Shown in pieces: positions 26,440 to 37,368 of a stretch of DNA of 46,618 nucleotides. The notes below the pieces were generated by a model that saw only the letters and a program-made list of their open reading frames with translations, was not told where the DNA came from and did not search any database. The translations under genes and the position numbers were made by a program. Numbering within the stretch: position 1 is the stretch's first letter; the number at the start of each line of letters is the position of its first letter. Source of the stretch: Pedobacter sp. (GTDB taxonomy: Bacteria; Bacteroidota; Bacteroidia; Sphingobacteriales; Sphingobacteriaceae); assembly GCA_035264385.1 (NCBI GenBank), contig DATFQH010000348.1, positions 1-46,618 on the forward strand, written 5' to 3'.

Positions 26440-27072
26440 ATGAATCACATGGACCACCTCGATGAGGAAGAAGAAAACGGCTATATCAAAATAGACCGCT
26501 ATAACGAAGGTAAGATAGCTTCCGTTGCTCACCATTACAGAGATATTTTAGGCCAGTTGGGTGAAGATCCGGAAAGAGAGGGACTGCTGAAAACGCCGGA
26601 AAGGGTAGCTAAGGCACTACAGTACCTTACGCATGGTTACGATCTCAATCCATCAGAGATCTTGCGCAGTGCCATGTTTAAAGAAGACTACAGTCAAATG
26701 GTAGTGGTAAAAGATATTGAGGTATTTTCCATGTGTGAACACCACATGCTTCCTTTCTTCGGAAAGGCCCACATTGCATACATTCCGAACGGACATATTG
26801 TAGGGCTAAGCAAAATTCCCCGTATAGTTGATGCCTTCGCACGTCGCCTGCAGGTACAGGAAAGGCTAACCAACGAAATCAGAGATTGTATCCAGGAAAC
26901 CCTGCAGCCTGCTGGCGTTGCAGTGGTTATCGAATGCAAGCACTTATGTATGGCTATGCGTGGTATTCAAAAACAAAATTCAGTAACTACCACATCGGCG
27001 TTCACAGGCCAATTCGCAAAAGATAAAACAAGGGCGGAGTTTCTCAGACTGATTACTGCTAATTTACACTAA
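26440..27072 (+). CDS. folE: GTP cyclohydrolase I
   Basis: [45 protein letters not shown]. Confidence 0.97.
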   Translation: MNHMDHLDEEEENGYIKIDRYNEGKIASVAHHYRDILGQLGEDPEREGLLKTPERVAKALQYLTHGYDLNPSEILRSAMFKEDYSQMVVVKDIEVFSMCEHHMLPFFGKAHIAYIPNGHIVGLSKIPRIVDAFARRLQVQERLTNEIRDCIQETLQPAGVAVVIECKHLCMAMRGIQKQNSVTTTSAFTGQFAKDKTRAEFLRLITANLH

Positions 27073-27121
27073 ATAATAAAGGTTTTAACAAGGGCAAAAA
27101 CCCCATAATTTAATAAAACAG

Positions 27122-28003
27122 ATGAAAGCATATATATTTCCAGGTCAGGGTGCGCAATTTTCGGGCATGGGCAAGGACCTTTATGAAAAAGAACAAGGTA
27201 AGGCTTTGTTTGAGCAGGCCAATGAAATAATAGGTTTCCGCATCAGCGACATTATGTTCTCAGGAACCGATGAAGAACTGAAAGAAACAAAAGTAACCCA
27301 ACCAGCAATATTTTTGCAGTCCGTTATCCAGGCGAAAGCATTAGGCGATCAATTCAGACCCGATATGGTAGCAGGCCATTCACTTGGCGAATTCTCTGCA
27401 TTGGTTGCTGCATCCGCACTTTCCTTTGAAGACGGGCTGAGGCTGGTGATTGCAAGGGCGAATGCCATGCAAAAAGCTTGTGAACTACAGCCATCTACTA
27501 TGGCAGCGATTCTGGGACTGCCTGACGAAGTGGTAGAGCAGACTTGCAATGAGATAGAAGAAGTGGTGGTCGCGGCAAACTACAACTGTCCCGGCCAGAT
27601 CGTAATCTCCGGAAGCATCGCAGGTGTTGATCTTGCCTGTCAGAAGCTTACAGAAGCTGGCGCAAAACGTGCGCTGAAATTAAACGTAGGAGGCGCATTT
27701 CACTCTCCGCTGATGGAGCCCGCCAGGATAGAACTGCAGAATGCGATCGAACAGGTGCACATATCTGTACCAATCTGTCCTATATATCAGAATGTAGATC
27801 CTGTACCGAATACAGATCCGCAAAAGATTAAAGAAAATCTGATCACACAGTTAACTGGCGCAGTGAAGTGGACACAGACAGTTGAGCGTCTGATCGCCGA
27901 CGGTGCAACCGAATTTATAGAAGTTGGCCCGGGAAATGTACTACAGGGATTGGTTAGGAAGGTAAGCAGGGAAGTACAGGCCAGCTCCGCAACTACCGTA
28001 TGA
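27122..28003 (+). CDS. fabD: Malonyl-CoA:ACP transacylase
   Basis: FPGQGAQ, TQPAI, GHSLGE, ANYN, GAFHS. Confidence 0.97.
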   Translation: MKAYIFPGQGAQFSGMGKDLYEKEQGKALFEQANEIIGFRISDIMFSGTDEELKETKVTQPAIFLQSVIQAKALGDQFRPDMVAGHSLGEFSALVAASALSFEDGLRLVIARANAMQKACELQPSTMAAILGLPDEVVEQTCNEIEEVVVAANYNCPGQIVISGSIAGVDLACQKLTEAGAKRALKLNVGGAFHSPLMEPARIELQNAIEQVHISVPICPIYQNVDPVPNTDPQKIKENLITQLTGAVKWTQTVERLIADGATEFIEVGPGNVLQGLVRKVSREVQASSATTV

Positions 28004-28036
28004 CATAACATAAACGCTTAATACAACAGGTTTAAC

Positions 28037-31000
28037 GTGAGTATAGCAGGTAAAATCAGATTTCTTTTATTGATCTTAGGTGCTTGCTGTATAGTTACGG
28101 CGCTATCACTAAAGCATTCTATCACTAAAAAGGAACAGCTGCGCTACGAAGCGAACCAGTTGCAGGCCAAGCTTACTGCCAGGGAAAAAATTGTCGATAA
28201 TTTCATTAAAGACGCAAACCAGGTAGAAAGTGCCAAACAATATCATTTAAATGAGGCCCTGGGTCTGAACTTCATCAGCAAGTACAGAGAACAGGGCATC
28301 AATATACTTACTTACCAGAACGGCAATCTAAGATTTTGGAGCTCTATAAAGGCAATCTCACAGGATCCGGAATTTATAAAAGAAGGATCTTCCTTTGTTC
28401 AATATCCCAATGGTTGGTATGAAGTCGTAAAAAAGACATCAGGCTCCTATATTTTACTTTTTCTCATTGAAGTAAAACGGCAGTATGCCATACAGAACCA
28501 ATACCTCGAGAACGAGATTTCGCCACTGCTCTCTACCTCTAACGCCCTTTCACTTGCAGCTTTTACAGACCCCGAAGTGCTCGGAATTAAAAGTCTGGAC
28601 GGAAATGTCCGGTTTGAAGTAAAACTTAAACAAGACTATTCCAAGAGCATTTATGCTACAATCGAAGTCTGGCTTTGGGTAATCGGTCTCTTTAGTTTCT
28701 GCCTGTTCTTCAATTCCTTCTGTTCATGGCTTGCAAAAAGGGGCTACCTCATACTCGCCACGCTCCTCCTGTCTGTTTTTTTTATCACCATAAGAGTTAC
28801 CGATCTGGAGTACGGCTGGTTCAATAAACAGTTCGATCTGCTAATCTTTAGTCCTAATATATATGCAGAAAACTTTTTTATGCCCTCCCTGGGCGATTTT
28901 CTGCTCAATGTTATAGCCCTTACCTGGATCATACTGTTCGTCTACACCTATAATGAAAAATATAGGTTGTCTGCCTGGCTCAGAGGCAGTAAGATTGCAG
29001 GAATGATATTTCATGTACTGTTCCTGCTCATTTTTGCAGCTATTGCCTTTCTTTTCGATCAGGTATTCTTCGGCCTCATCCTCAACTCAAAGATCAACTT
29101 CGACATCACCAATATTATCAACCTTGGCTGGATCAGCTGGATCAGTATCATTATATTATGCCTGGTTTGGTTCAATATTTACCTCATCGCCAACATTTTT
29201 ATGCAGCAAACACTGCAGTTGAAAGTTTCGAACAGAGAGCGGCTCATTATCTTCCTAAGCGCATTTGCCGTTTATATGCTCTATCGTCTTGCCTTCGATT
29301 TCAGCCTGTTTTTCATTGCCTATGGATTGTTCATTTTTATCCTTTCCTGGAATTTTTACCGGCGCGATAATAAATTCTCCATAGGAGTCTTTGCGGCGCT
29401 GTTCTTTTGCCTGGCTTTTATTTCTTCAGCCAAATACCTGAATTTTATCGAGGTCAAGGAAAAAAATACCCGTAGAAATATTGCTCAGCGACTGGTAAAT
29501 ACCGATGATTTTAAGGTCATCAGTACTCTGGAAAATCTGGAGAAGGGGATAAGCTCCAATAAATTTGTGCAGCATTATTTTAAGCAACCAGCTTTAAACA
29601 GTGAAGTAGAATTGCAAAAACACATCAATAAGCAATACCTGGAAAATTTCCTGCCCAGATTTGAATATAACATTTATGAATACAACAGTACAGACTCTTC
29701 TACTACGGGCCACAAAGGAGTAGAGCTGAGCTTTTTCAAAACCCTGGTGCAGGCCGGCTCTGTGAAGTTGCAGGAGTCGAATTTCTTTTACCGGCTGAAC
29801 GACACTTTCGGCTATCAGAATTACTTTGGTATCATCCCAATAATTGATGAAGGCCGTAAGCTGGGCACCCTCGTTATTGAACTCAAATCGCAACCTTACA
29901 ACTATAAAGGACAGCTCCCCGAGATACTGCTCGACCGTACCATTAAAAGTGACGATGACTACAGCAATTATTCTATTGCCTTTTATAAAGACGGGAAGCT
30001 TGAAAATCAGGCTGGTAAGTATACTTACAAGCTTTCGAGCAATGAATACCAAAGGCGGTCGAAGGGAGAATTCTTTACTGACAGCTTAAATTTTACGCAC
30101 CTGATCTACTCACCGGGCCCATCCCGGGCCATAGTCATCAGCAGGGAAGAAGTTTCTTACATACTGTACCTTGCCACGCTGTCTTTCTTCTTTCTGGTCT
30201 TTATCCTCTTTTCAATAACGGTCTATGTATTGATCTGGCTGCTGAAGAATATCGACGAAAGCTGGAACGGCTGGTTCAATATCAACCGCTCCCTGATGAT
30301 CAATGCCAATAAGATCCTCTATAAGACGCGAATACAGTTTTCCATTGTCCTCTCTGTGGTGGCTACCCTGCTCATCGTTGGCTGGACTACTTATTTTTAC
30401 ATCAGAGACGAATACCGCAAGCAACAGGAAGATTTTATTAAAGAGAAGATTCGAAAAATTCAGCTTTCGTACGAAAACCAGATCCTGACCAATGGAATAC
30501 CTTATGCAACTGATAAGGCCATTGCCGATTTTAACCAATTTGCCGATGTCAATGCGGCATACCTAAACCTGTATGACACCAACGGAAAGTTGCTTTTTAC
30601 CTCATTGCCGCGGTTGTTCGACCTGGGTATATTGAGCCGGCGAATGGGCCCTACAGCCTTCATCAGCCTGAGTCAGCTGCAGCTCTCCGAATACATTAAT
30701 CCGGGAGAAAAGATAGGCACATTTGTTTATGCCTCAGCATATGCACCCATAAGGGATATCCGAAACCAGACGATCGGTTACCTAAATGTGCCTTATTATT
30801 CCAATGAAGCAGATTATCAGAATAAGATAGGCGTGTTCATCAATACCCTCATCAACATTTACGCCCTGGTATTTGTGGCCATAGGTATTCTTGCGGTCTT
30901 TTTGGCCAACCAGATAACCAGCCCGCTTACCTTTATTCAGGACAGTATAAAAAAGACAAAGCTGGGGCAAAAGAACCAGCCCATTGTCTGGTCACGGCAC

Positions 31001-31753
31001 GATGAGATCGGATCACTCATCAAAGAATATAATAAAATGATCTCGGCGCTGGACGACAGTGCCAACAAGCTGGCCAGATCGGAAAGAGAAAGCGCCTGGC
31101 GGGAAATGGCTAAGCAGGTAGCTCACGAAATTAAGAACCCACTTACCCCGCTGAAGCTGGGAGTACAGCTGCTGGAGAAATCATGGAAGGAAAAAGACGC
31201 CAACTTTGAACAAAAATTTGAGCGATTCAGCAAATCATTCATCGAACAGATAGACAGCTTATCTACCATAGCATCCGAATTTTCCAATTTTGCCAAGATG
31301 CCGGATACCAAGCTGGAAAGATTACTGCTCTTGCCGATCATAGGGCAGGCCAGAGACGTTTTTACCAATACACAGGACGTTAGTATCCATGTTCAGAATC
31401 ATACCAGCAGAGCGGTCACTGTTCTGGGAGATAAGGACCAATTGCTGCGTACCTTCAACAACCTGTTTAAGAATGCAATAGAAGCTGCTAACGCCAGCAT
31501 CAGGTGTGTCATCACCGTCAATATCACTAACGATGACGATGCTGTATTCATTGAAGTCGACGACAATGGAAAGGGAATAGATCCGGCATTACACGATAAG
31601 ATCTTCGTACCCAACTTTACCACCAAGTCTTCAGGAACCGGTTTAGGGCTGGCATTTGTGAAACAAGCTGTAGAGAATGCGGGGGGTACGGTAGAATTCA
31701 AGTCATTTGCCGACGTAGGAACTACTTTTTTCCTAACCTTTCCGCTATCTTAA
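28037..31753 (+). CDS. Multi-TM sensor histidine kinase (NtrY-like C-terminus)
   Basis: Many TM segments, HAMP (DEIGSL), WREMAKQVAHEIKNPLTP, N box, DNGKG, GTGLGL. Confidence 0.93.
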   Translation: MSIAGKIRFLLLILGACCIVTALSLKHSITKKEQLRYEANQLQAKLTAREKIVDNFIKDANQVESAKQYHLNEALGLNFISKYREQGINILTYQNGNLRFWSSIKAISQDPEFIKEGSSFVQYPNGWYEVVKKTSGSYILLFLIEVKRQYAIQNQYLENEISPLLSTSNALSLAAFTDPEVLGIKSLDGNVRFEVKLKQDYSKSIYATIEVWLWVIGLFSFCLFFNSFCSWLAKRGYLILATLLLSVFFITIRVTDLEYGWFNKQFDLLIFSPNIYAENFFMPSLGDFLLNVIALTWIILFVYTYNEKYRLSAWLRGSKIAGMIFHVLFLLIFAAIAFLFDQVFFGLILNSKINFDITNIINLGWISWISIIILCLVWFNIYLIANIFMQQTLQLKVSNRERLIIFLSAFAVYMLYRLAFDFSLFFIAYGLFIFILSWNFYRRDNKFSIGVFAALFFCLAFISSAKYLNFIEVKEKNTRRNIAQRLVNTDDFKVISTLENLEKGISSNKFVQHYFKQPALNSEVELQKHINKQYLENFLPRFEYNIYEYNSTDSSTTGHKGVELSFFKTLVQAGSVKLQESNFFYRLNDTFGYQNYFGIIPIIDEGRKLGTLVIELKSQPYNYKGQLPEILLDRTIKSDDDYSNYSIAFYKDGKLENQAGKYTYKLSSNEYQRRSKGEFFTDSLNFTHLIYSPGPSRAIVISREEVSYILYLATLSFFFLVFILFSITVYVLIWLLKNIDESWNGWFNINRSLMINANKILYKTRIQFSIVLSVVATLLIVGWTTYFYIRDEYRKQQEDFIKEKIRKIQLSYENQILTNGIPYATDKAIADFNQFADVNAAYLNLYDTNGKLLFTSLPRLFDLGILSRRMGPTAFISLSQLQLSEYINPGEKIGTFVYASAYAPIRDIRNQTIGYLNVPYYSNEADYQNKIGVFINTLINIYALVFVAIGILAVFLANQITSPLTFIQDSIKKTKLGQKNQPIVWSRHDEIGSLIKEYNKMISALDDSANKLARSERESAWREMAKQVAHEIKNPLTPLKLGVQLLEKSWKEKDANFEQKFERFSKSFIEQIDSLSTIASEFSNFAKMPDTKLERLLLLPIIGQARDVFTNTQDVSIHVQNHTSRAVTVLGDKDQLLRTFNNLFKNAIEAANASIRCVITVNITNDDDAVFIEVDDNGKGIDPALHDKIFVPNFTTKSSGTGLGLAFVKQAVENAGGTVEFKSFADVGTTFFLTFPLS

Positions 31754-32653
31754 TTCAATTTCCGACCTGCCCATGGTATAGCCGTCAGCATAAAGAATGA
31801 TGGAATAAATTCCCTTCATAAACTGGTTCGGATTGATCCAGTCCATGGTATAGGAAGTATTGTCGTCGTTATAAGAAATAGAAGTAGAAGAGCTGTACTG
31901 CATGTCCTGTCCATCGGCTTCGAACATGTTGTTCTCGTTTGCTATCAGGTTACCGGCAGGATCAAACACCCGAAGATAGATCTTATGATAATCCTTCTCT
32001 GCCAATGGATTGGGGATAATGTCAAATGTCACGCTGAGTTTCTTCGCAGAACCAGCCTTAGTAATTTCAATGTTCCTTCCGCTGCTTTTTACACGATATG
32101 CGGTTACACCAACATTGGCGGCCTTTAGCGCAGAACTGGTCTTAACCCTGGCAGCCAGTTCAGAGTTCTTCTGTTCCAGCTCGGCGGCGCGCCTTTCTAC
32201 AGAAGTTGCAGACTCCTTTAAACTGTCCATCCTTGATTTTAGACTGGAGTTTTCCTTTTCCAGCTTAATGATGGTCTCATTATATGTTTTTACAAATTCA
32301 CGAAGTTCTTTTACCTGTTCCTGAGCCTTCGCCAGTTCTTCCTGCGTTAGTGTGCCTTCCTGCAAGGCCAGCTTTAATTCCGCAATCTTTTCTCTGGCCA
32401 GATTCTGTTCGCCGATCAGCTTATCGCTTAGCGTCACATTCAGGGCGTTTACCTTATCCAGTTCCACTTCGATCTTTTCGACCTCGAGCTTAAGCCTGTC
32501 CTTTTCAGTGGTTACACTAACATAGCGGTCGTTTTGTTGCTTGTCCTTGAAAAAGAGGTAGGCATTGGTGCCCAGTAATGCAACAATTACCACTACAAGA
32601 AAATAAATCTTGTTGCGGTCACCTTTGTTCACTACATCATTCTGATCTGACAT
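31745..32653 (-). CDS. Membrane-anchored coiled-coil hypothetical protein
   Basis: N-terminal TM (IYFLVVVIVALLG), long heptad region, beta-rich C-terminal domain; likely start ATG 32653. Confidence 0.75.
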   Translation of the reverse strand: MSDQNDVVNKGDRNKIYFLVVVIVALLGTNAYLFFKDKQQNDRYVSVTTEKDRLKLEVEKIEVELDKVNALNVTLSDKLIGEQNLAREKIAELKLALQEGTLTQEELAKAQEQVKELREFVKTYNETIIKLEKENSSLKSRMDSLKESATSVERRAAELEQKNSELAARVKTSSALKAANVGVTAYRVKSSGRNIEITKAGSAKKLSVTFDIIPNPLAEKDYHKIYLRVFDPAGNLIANENNMFEADGQDMQYSSSTSISYNDDNTSYTMDWINPNQFMKGIYSIILYADGYTMGRSEIELR

Positions 32654-32840
32654 CGTTATAATTATAATCTGGGTTTTGGTAAACAACTAACATAATTAAA
32701 ATATAATAAAAGGGAAAAAAATCCTTCAATTTGTATGAGACTTTCAAAAAAATCGTTTACTTGCTTAGGTCAGGGACTGAAACGCCCGCAGTACAAAACA
32801 AATGAAACTATTTTTACATTACTGAAAAAAGGACAAAGGG

Positions 32841-34391
32841 ATGCTTAAACGTACTATTTATGCTCTATTATCAATTTTATCAATATCAATACCCACAATA
32901 GCGCAAACCTTATCAAAAATTGCTCCAAAAAGAGAGTTTAGGGGCGTTTGGGTGGCCACCGTGTCAAATATCGACTGGCCCTCCAGACCAGGCTTGACGG
33001 CCGATCGCCAGAAACAGGAACTGATCGGGATCCTTGAACAGCACAAGGCAAACGGAATGAACGCAATCATGCTGCAGGTAAGACCTGCAGCCGATGCCTT
33101 TTATAGCAAATCCAGGGAACCCTGGAGTCAGTGGCTCATGGGCCGTCAGGGAGTCGCTCCGGCACCTGGCTATGACCCTCTGGAGTTTGCTATTAAAGAA
33201 GCGCATTCAAGAGGGATAGAACTGCATGCCTGGTTCAATCCTTACCGTGCCAGCATGAGCCCCAATTCCATACTCCACGAAAGCCATATGATAAGGCAAA
33301 AGCCGGAATGGTTTTTTACCTATGCCGGTAAAAAACAGTTTGACCCCGGAATCCCCGAAGTAAGGGAATACATTGTACAAGTAATCCTCGACGTTGTAAA
33401 GGGATATGACGTCGACGGGATACATTTTGACGATTATTTTTATCCCTATAAGGTAGAGGGGCAGCGCATCAACGACAGTGCCACCTTCGGGAAGTACCGC
33501 GGCGAATTTAGTGACATTGGCGACTGGCGCCGCAATAACGTCAACCTGCTGATCAAACAGCTCAACGACAGCATCCATTACTATAAAAAATATGTAAAGT
33601 TCGGTGTAAGTCCTTTCGGCATCTGGAGAAACAGCTCAGAAGATACCCTTGGCTCGGCAACCAGCGGCCTGTCCAATTACGCTGAGCTTTTTGCCGATTC
33701 CAGAAAATGGGTTCAGGAAGGCTGGGTAGATTATATCAATCCGCAAATCTATTTTAGCTTCACCAGAAGGGTCGCGCCCTTCAATACGCTAGTAGACTGG
33801 TGGAGCAACAACACCTATGGCCGGCACCTCTATATTGGTCAGGCCGCCTACCTGGTCAACCAGCGTATGGAAGCCGCATGGCGGTTGCCCAATCAGATTC
33901 CGGATCAGGTCCGTTACATCAGGAACAACAATAGGGTGCAGGGAAGTGTTTATTTCAGTTCTAAATCATTTTCTACCGTAGCCCGTGCTGCCGGAGATTC
34001 TTTAAAGAACGATCTGTATAAATATCCTGCCCTGCCACCACAGATGCCATGGCTCGATGAGACCGTGCCCAATCAGCCACAGCAACTCACCGCAGATGCG
34101 CTAAACGATGGGGTACATCTGAAATGGGAGGCACCGCTTAAGGCGAGCGATGGCGAAACGGCATCCGGATATGTAATTTACCGTTTTGAAGAAGGTGAGA
34201 AAATCGATGTGCTGAACGCCAAAAATATCCTGCGCATCAGTTTTGAAGACTTCAGCACCTTTATCGATACCGATGTAGACAGCGGCAAAAGATACAATTA
34301 CCTGGTAACCGCATTAGACAGGCTCAAAAATGAAAGTGAACCCAGTGGCCCGGTAGGTATCCAGGCCGGGAATATACCGGCTCCCAATTGA
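32841..34391 (+). CDS. GHL10/YddW(DigH)-like glycoside hydrolase with C-terminal FnIII-like domain
   Basis: REFRGVWVATVSNIDWPS, LQVRP, YDPL, LHAWFNPYR, DGIHFDDYFYP, FGVSPFGIW, PQIY. Confidence 0.92.
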   Translation: MLKRTIYALLSILSISIPTIAQTLSKIAPKREFRGVWVATVSNIDWPSRPGLTADRQKQELIGILEQHKANGMNAIMLQVRPAADAFYSKSREPWSQWLMGRQGVAPAPGYDPLEFAIKEAHSRGIELHAWFNPYRASMSPNSILHESHMIRQKPEWFFTYAGKKQFDPGIPEVREYIVQVILDVVKGYDVDGIHFDDYFYPYKVEGQRINDSATFGKYRGEFSDIGDWRRNNVNLLIKQLNDSIHYYKKYVKFGVSPFGIWRNSSEDTLGSATSGLSNYAELFADSRKWVQEGWVDYINPQIYFSFTRRVAPFNTLVDWWSNNTYGRHLYIGQAAYLVNQRMEAAWRLPNQIPDQVRYIRNNNRVQGSVYFSSKSFSTVARAAGDSLKNDLYKYPALPPQMPWLDETVPNQPQQLTADALNDGVHLKWEAPLKASDGETASGYVIYRFEEGEKIDVLNAKNILRISFEDFSTFIDTDVDSGKRYNYLVTALDRLKNESEPSGPVGIQAGNIPAPN

Positions 34392-34415
34392 TCAGCATAA
34401 TCTGCCCGGACTGAA

Positions 34416-34457
34416 AAAAAGAGTGGCCTGTACAGCGATATACAGGCCACTCTTTTT
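34416..34457. terminator. Bidirectional intrinsic terminator
   Basis: AAAAAGAGTGGCCTGTA-cagcgata-TACAGGCCACTCTTTTT between convergent genes. Confidence 0.9.
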
Positions 34458-34473
34458 ATTAAAACGCTAATAC

Positions 34474-37338
34474 TTATTTTTTAGGTAACAATACTAAACG
34501 GATATAATTGTCTTCGTTCAGGTATTTTTGCGCAGTAGCCTTCGTTGTCTCGATGGTAACCGCATCCAGTCTTTTCCTGTAACCCAGGATCTGGTCCGGA
34601 TTGTCGCCATTTTTCAGCTTGCTGCTGATATAGTTCAGCCAGAAATTGTTGTCCCGCAGGCTCAGCTCAACCTGGCGCTGTTCTTCTGACTTAAACTTAC
34701 TGATGTCATCGGCAGTAGCTCCGCTTCCCTTAATCTTAGCCACCTCATCCAGCGAGGCAGCGATCAGTTTTTCAACATTTGCCGGTGCACAGCTAAAGGA
34801 GATGTTAAAATAGTAATGTGAATTTGGATATTTTTCGATGCTAAGGCCTACTCTGGGACTATATACCCCACTTTCCTTTTCTCTCAGCCTTTCCAGAATC
34901 TTAATCTCAAGAGCAGCCTTTACCGCTTCCAGTTGTGTGTTGTTCTCTGCGTTAAATTCATAGTCGCCATGCAGGTAAAGCTCTACCGCCGCCTTATCTT
35001 CCAGGCCTTTATAAACGGTCTTGCTGATCTTTCCTTTCGGTGATCTGATACCCAGATCAACAAAGTTCTGCTGCTTGTCCAGCGAAGGCAGGCTGGCAAG
35101 ATACGTTTCAATAAACGGCTTAATGGTATTCATATCAAAAGACCCGATGATTACAAAAGTCTGCTCTCCCAGATCGGCAAAACGTTCCTTATAGAAATCA
35201 AAAGCCTTATCCAGGGAAACTTTTTCCAGGTCTTCCAGGTTGGTTGGCATTGCACGCTTGTGATAAGATGAAAGCACAGCCTGTACCGTATCAGCGAAAA
35301 CACTGTTTGGATCGGCATTTTTGTTCCCCAATACCACCTTATAATCACTGATGTTCTTATTAAAGATCTCCACGTCCTTCCGTGGATTGGTGGCATAAGC
35401 ATACACCATCTGGAAAGCCGTTTCCAGATCCTTAGGAGAAGCACTTCCGCTAAAACCCTGGTACAGATCAGTAACATAAGCGCCGGCGCGGCCGGTATTC
35501 CCAGCCAGCAGCTTATTGAGCTGAGTAGGGTTAAAATCACCCACGCCACTCTCAGGAATCAGGCCCACCATCTGCACCGACTCGTTGTCCGCGTCGCTGC
35601 CCAGCGAAGTACCCCCCTTAGAAAAGGAACTGAAGATCACCTGGTCATTTTTAAAATCGGTTTGTTTCAGTACTACTTTAATCCCGTTGCTCAGGGTCAG
35701 TTCAGTTGCGCCTATCGATTCGATCTTTGCTTCGGCAGTGATCTTGCCAGCCACAGGTTTCTTTTCCAGTAAAGGCTTGTTTACCGAATTGTCAACATAA
35801 GCCGTCACACCCGCGCCCGCATGCTTTACAGCGGCAATCAGTTGTGCCTCCGAAGGCAGGGTCGCCTTGTCCTTTTCAGGAGCCTGAACCACGATGATCT
35901 GGTTCTCTTTTGTAATCATCGTTTTAGCCAATTGGTTCACCTCTGCAAGTGTAACTGCCGCCAGGGCCTTATCTGTCTCGGCAGCGATAAAGTCAATAGA
36001 AGGTATTGGAGCTCCGGTCAGGAAATTGTTCAGGTATTGCTGTACGAAATTTGAAGACGGTGTTTTGTCTTTTTCCTTCAGTTGTTTCTCATTGTTGGCC
36101 AGGATATTTTTGCGGGCCACATCCAGTTCAGACTGTAAAAAGCCAAACTGTGCCGCACGCTCATTTTCAGCAAGTGCAGCAACAAGCCCTTTTTCAAGCG
36201 TAGCGCCCGAATTCGTGGCCACTACCGTCTGCAATGCATTGATGCCTGCCACAAGACCACCCTGATAGGGGCCATAATTGCTCTGGGCAAAGATAAAAGG
36301 CGCATTTCCCTTTTGCAGGATCTCCTGAATCCTGGCACCCAGCATGCTGTTGATCATTGAAAATATCAGCTTCTTCCTGTAGTCTGCAGTCGTTTTCGAA
36401 ACCGCGCCGCGCTGTTTGTACATTACCAGTGCCACATTGTACGGCTGCTCCGGATCGGTGATCACCTTTACCAATGGTTCTTTATTGTCCGGCAGATCAT
36501 ATTTCAGTCGTGGTCTCGGGTTCGCAGGGTTTGTCAGGTCCGAAAAATTGGCTTTGATCAGTTCTTCCACGGCATTTATATCAAAATCACCTACTGCGAT
36601 TACTGCCTGCAGGTTCGGCCTGTACCAGTCCTTGTAAAAACTCCTGATCTTATCGTGTGTAAAGGTCTGAAGAATATCGATCTTGCCAATAGGAAGCCGA
36701 TTTTCATAGCGCGAGCCTTTCAACAGCAGCGGGAGTAATTGCTTGCTCATGCGCTCCTGCGCATTCTTGCCACGCTGGCGATCCTCTTCAATGATCACAC
36801 CACGCTCTTTGTCGATCTCATCACCCTCCATGATTACCTTGCCTGCCCAGTTGGCCAGGATCTTAAAGCCGTTCTTAAAAACAGCAGCGCTATCGGTAGG
36901 AATCGGTAACTGGTATACGGTCTGGTCAAAACCGGTATATGCATTCAGATCAGCCCCAAATCGGACACCCGCTTTTTGCAGATAGTTGATCATTTCATTT
37001 TTCGGGAAATCTTTGGTGCCGTTAAAAGCCATGTGCTCGGTAAAGTGGGCAAGACCCTGCTGGTTGTCTTCTTCCATCAGCGAGCCGATCCTGGTGGCCA
37101 GATATAGCTCCGCCCTGTCTTTTGGTTCGGTATTTTTTCTGATATAGTAAGTAAGCCCGTTCGGCAGTTTTCCGATCTTCACATTCGGATCGTTTGGAAT
37201 AGCTGTGCCAGCCGGTTTTGTGCTGGTAGCGGCTGCAATTTTTTTAGGCGCAGATTTTTTCTGCTGAGCCCATGAGGGAGCGTTTACAGTCATTAAGACT
37301 GCTAATCCTAAACTAAGGACGATGGTTCTTTTCTTCAT
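34474..37338 (-). CDS. Secreted M16 zinc peptidase (PqqL-like)
   Basis: Signal peptide; GLAHFTEHMAFNGT (HxxEH), NAYT, ERGVIIEE, LREKESGVY. Confidence 0.93.
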   Translation of the reverse strand: MKKRTIVLSLGLAVLMTVNAPSWAQQKKSAPKKIAAATSTKPAGTAIPNDPNVKIGKLPNGLTYYIRKNTEPKDRAELYLATRIGSLMEEDNQQGLAHFTEHMAFNGTKDFPKNEMINYLQKAGVRFGADLNAYTGFDQTVYQLPIPTDSAAVFKNGFKILANWAGKVIMEGDEIDKERGVIIEEDRQRGKNAQERMSKQLLPLLLKGSRYENRLPIGKIDILQTFTHDKIRSFYKDWYRPNLQAVIAVGDFDINAVEELIKANFSDLTNPANPRPRLKYDLPDNKEPLVKVITDPEQPYNVALVMYKQRGAVSKTTADYRKKLIFSMINSMLGARIQEILQKGNAPFIFAQSNYGPYQGGLVAGINALQTVVATNSGATLEKGLVAALAENERAAQFGFLQSELDVARKNILANNEKQLKEKDKTPSSNFVQQYLNNFLTGAPIPSIDFIAAETDKALAAVTLAEVNQLAKTMITKENQIIVVQAPEKDKATLPSEAQLIAAVKHAGAGVTAYVDNSVNKPLLEKKPVAGKITAEAKIESIGATELTLSNGIKVVLKQTDFKNDQVIFSSFSKGGTSLGSDADNESVQMVGLIPESGVGDFNPTQLNKLLAGNTGRAGAYVTDLYQGFSGSASPKDLETAFQMVYAYATNPRKDVEIFNKNISDYKVVLGNKNADPNSVFADTVQAVLSSYHKRAMPTNLEDLEKVSLDKAFDFYKERFADLGEQTFVIIGSFDMNTIKPFIETYLASLPSLDKQQNFVDLGIRSPKGKISKTVYKGLEDKAAVELYLHGDYEFNAENNTQLEAVKAALEIKILERLREKESGVYSPRVGLSIEKYPNSHYYFNISFSCAPANVEKLIAASLDEVAKIKGSGATADDISKFKSEEQRQVELSLRDNNFWLNYISSKLKNGDNPDQILGYRKRLDAVTIETTKATAQKYLNEDNYIRLVLLPKK

Positions 37339-37368
37339 GAATAGTAATAAAGTTTGTCGGTCTCTAAA

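Noticed and set aside
26018-27072. queD-folE as a 7-deazaguanine DNA-modification cluster
   Set aside because: No dpdA/tgt, queC or queE nearby; ordinary pterin/queuosine metabolism explains it.
32765-32800. Small pseudoknot or riboswitch before the GHL10 gene (GGGACTGAAACGCCCGCAGTAC)
   Set aside because: Only 3-4-bp helices and no match to a riboswitch consensus I know.
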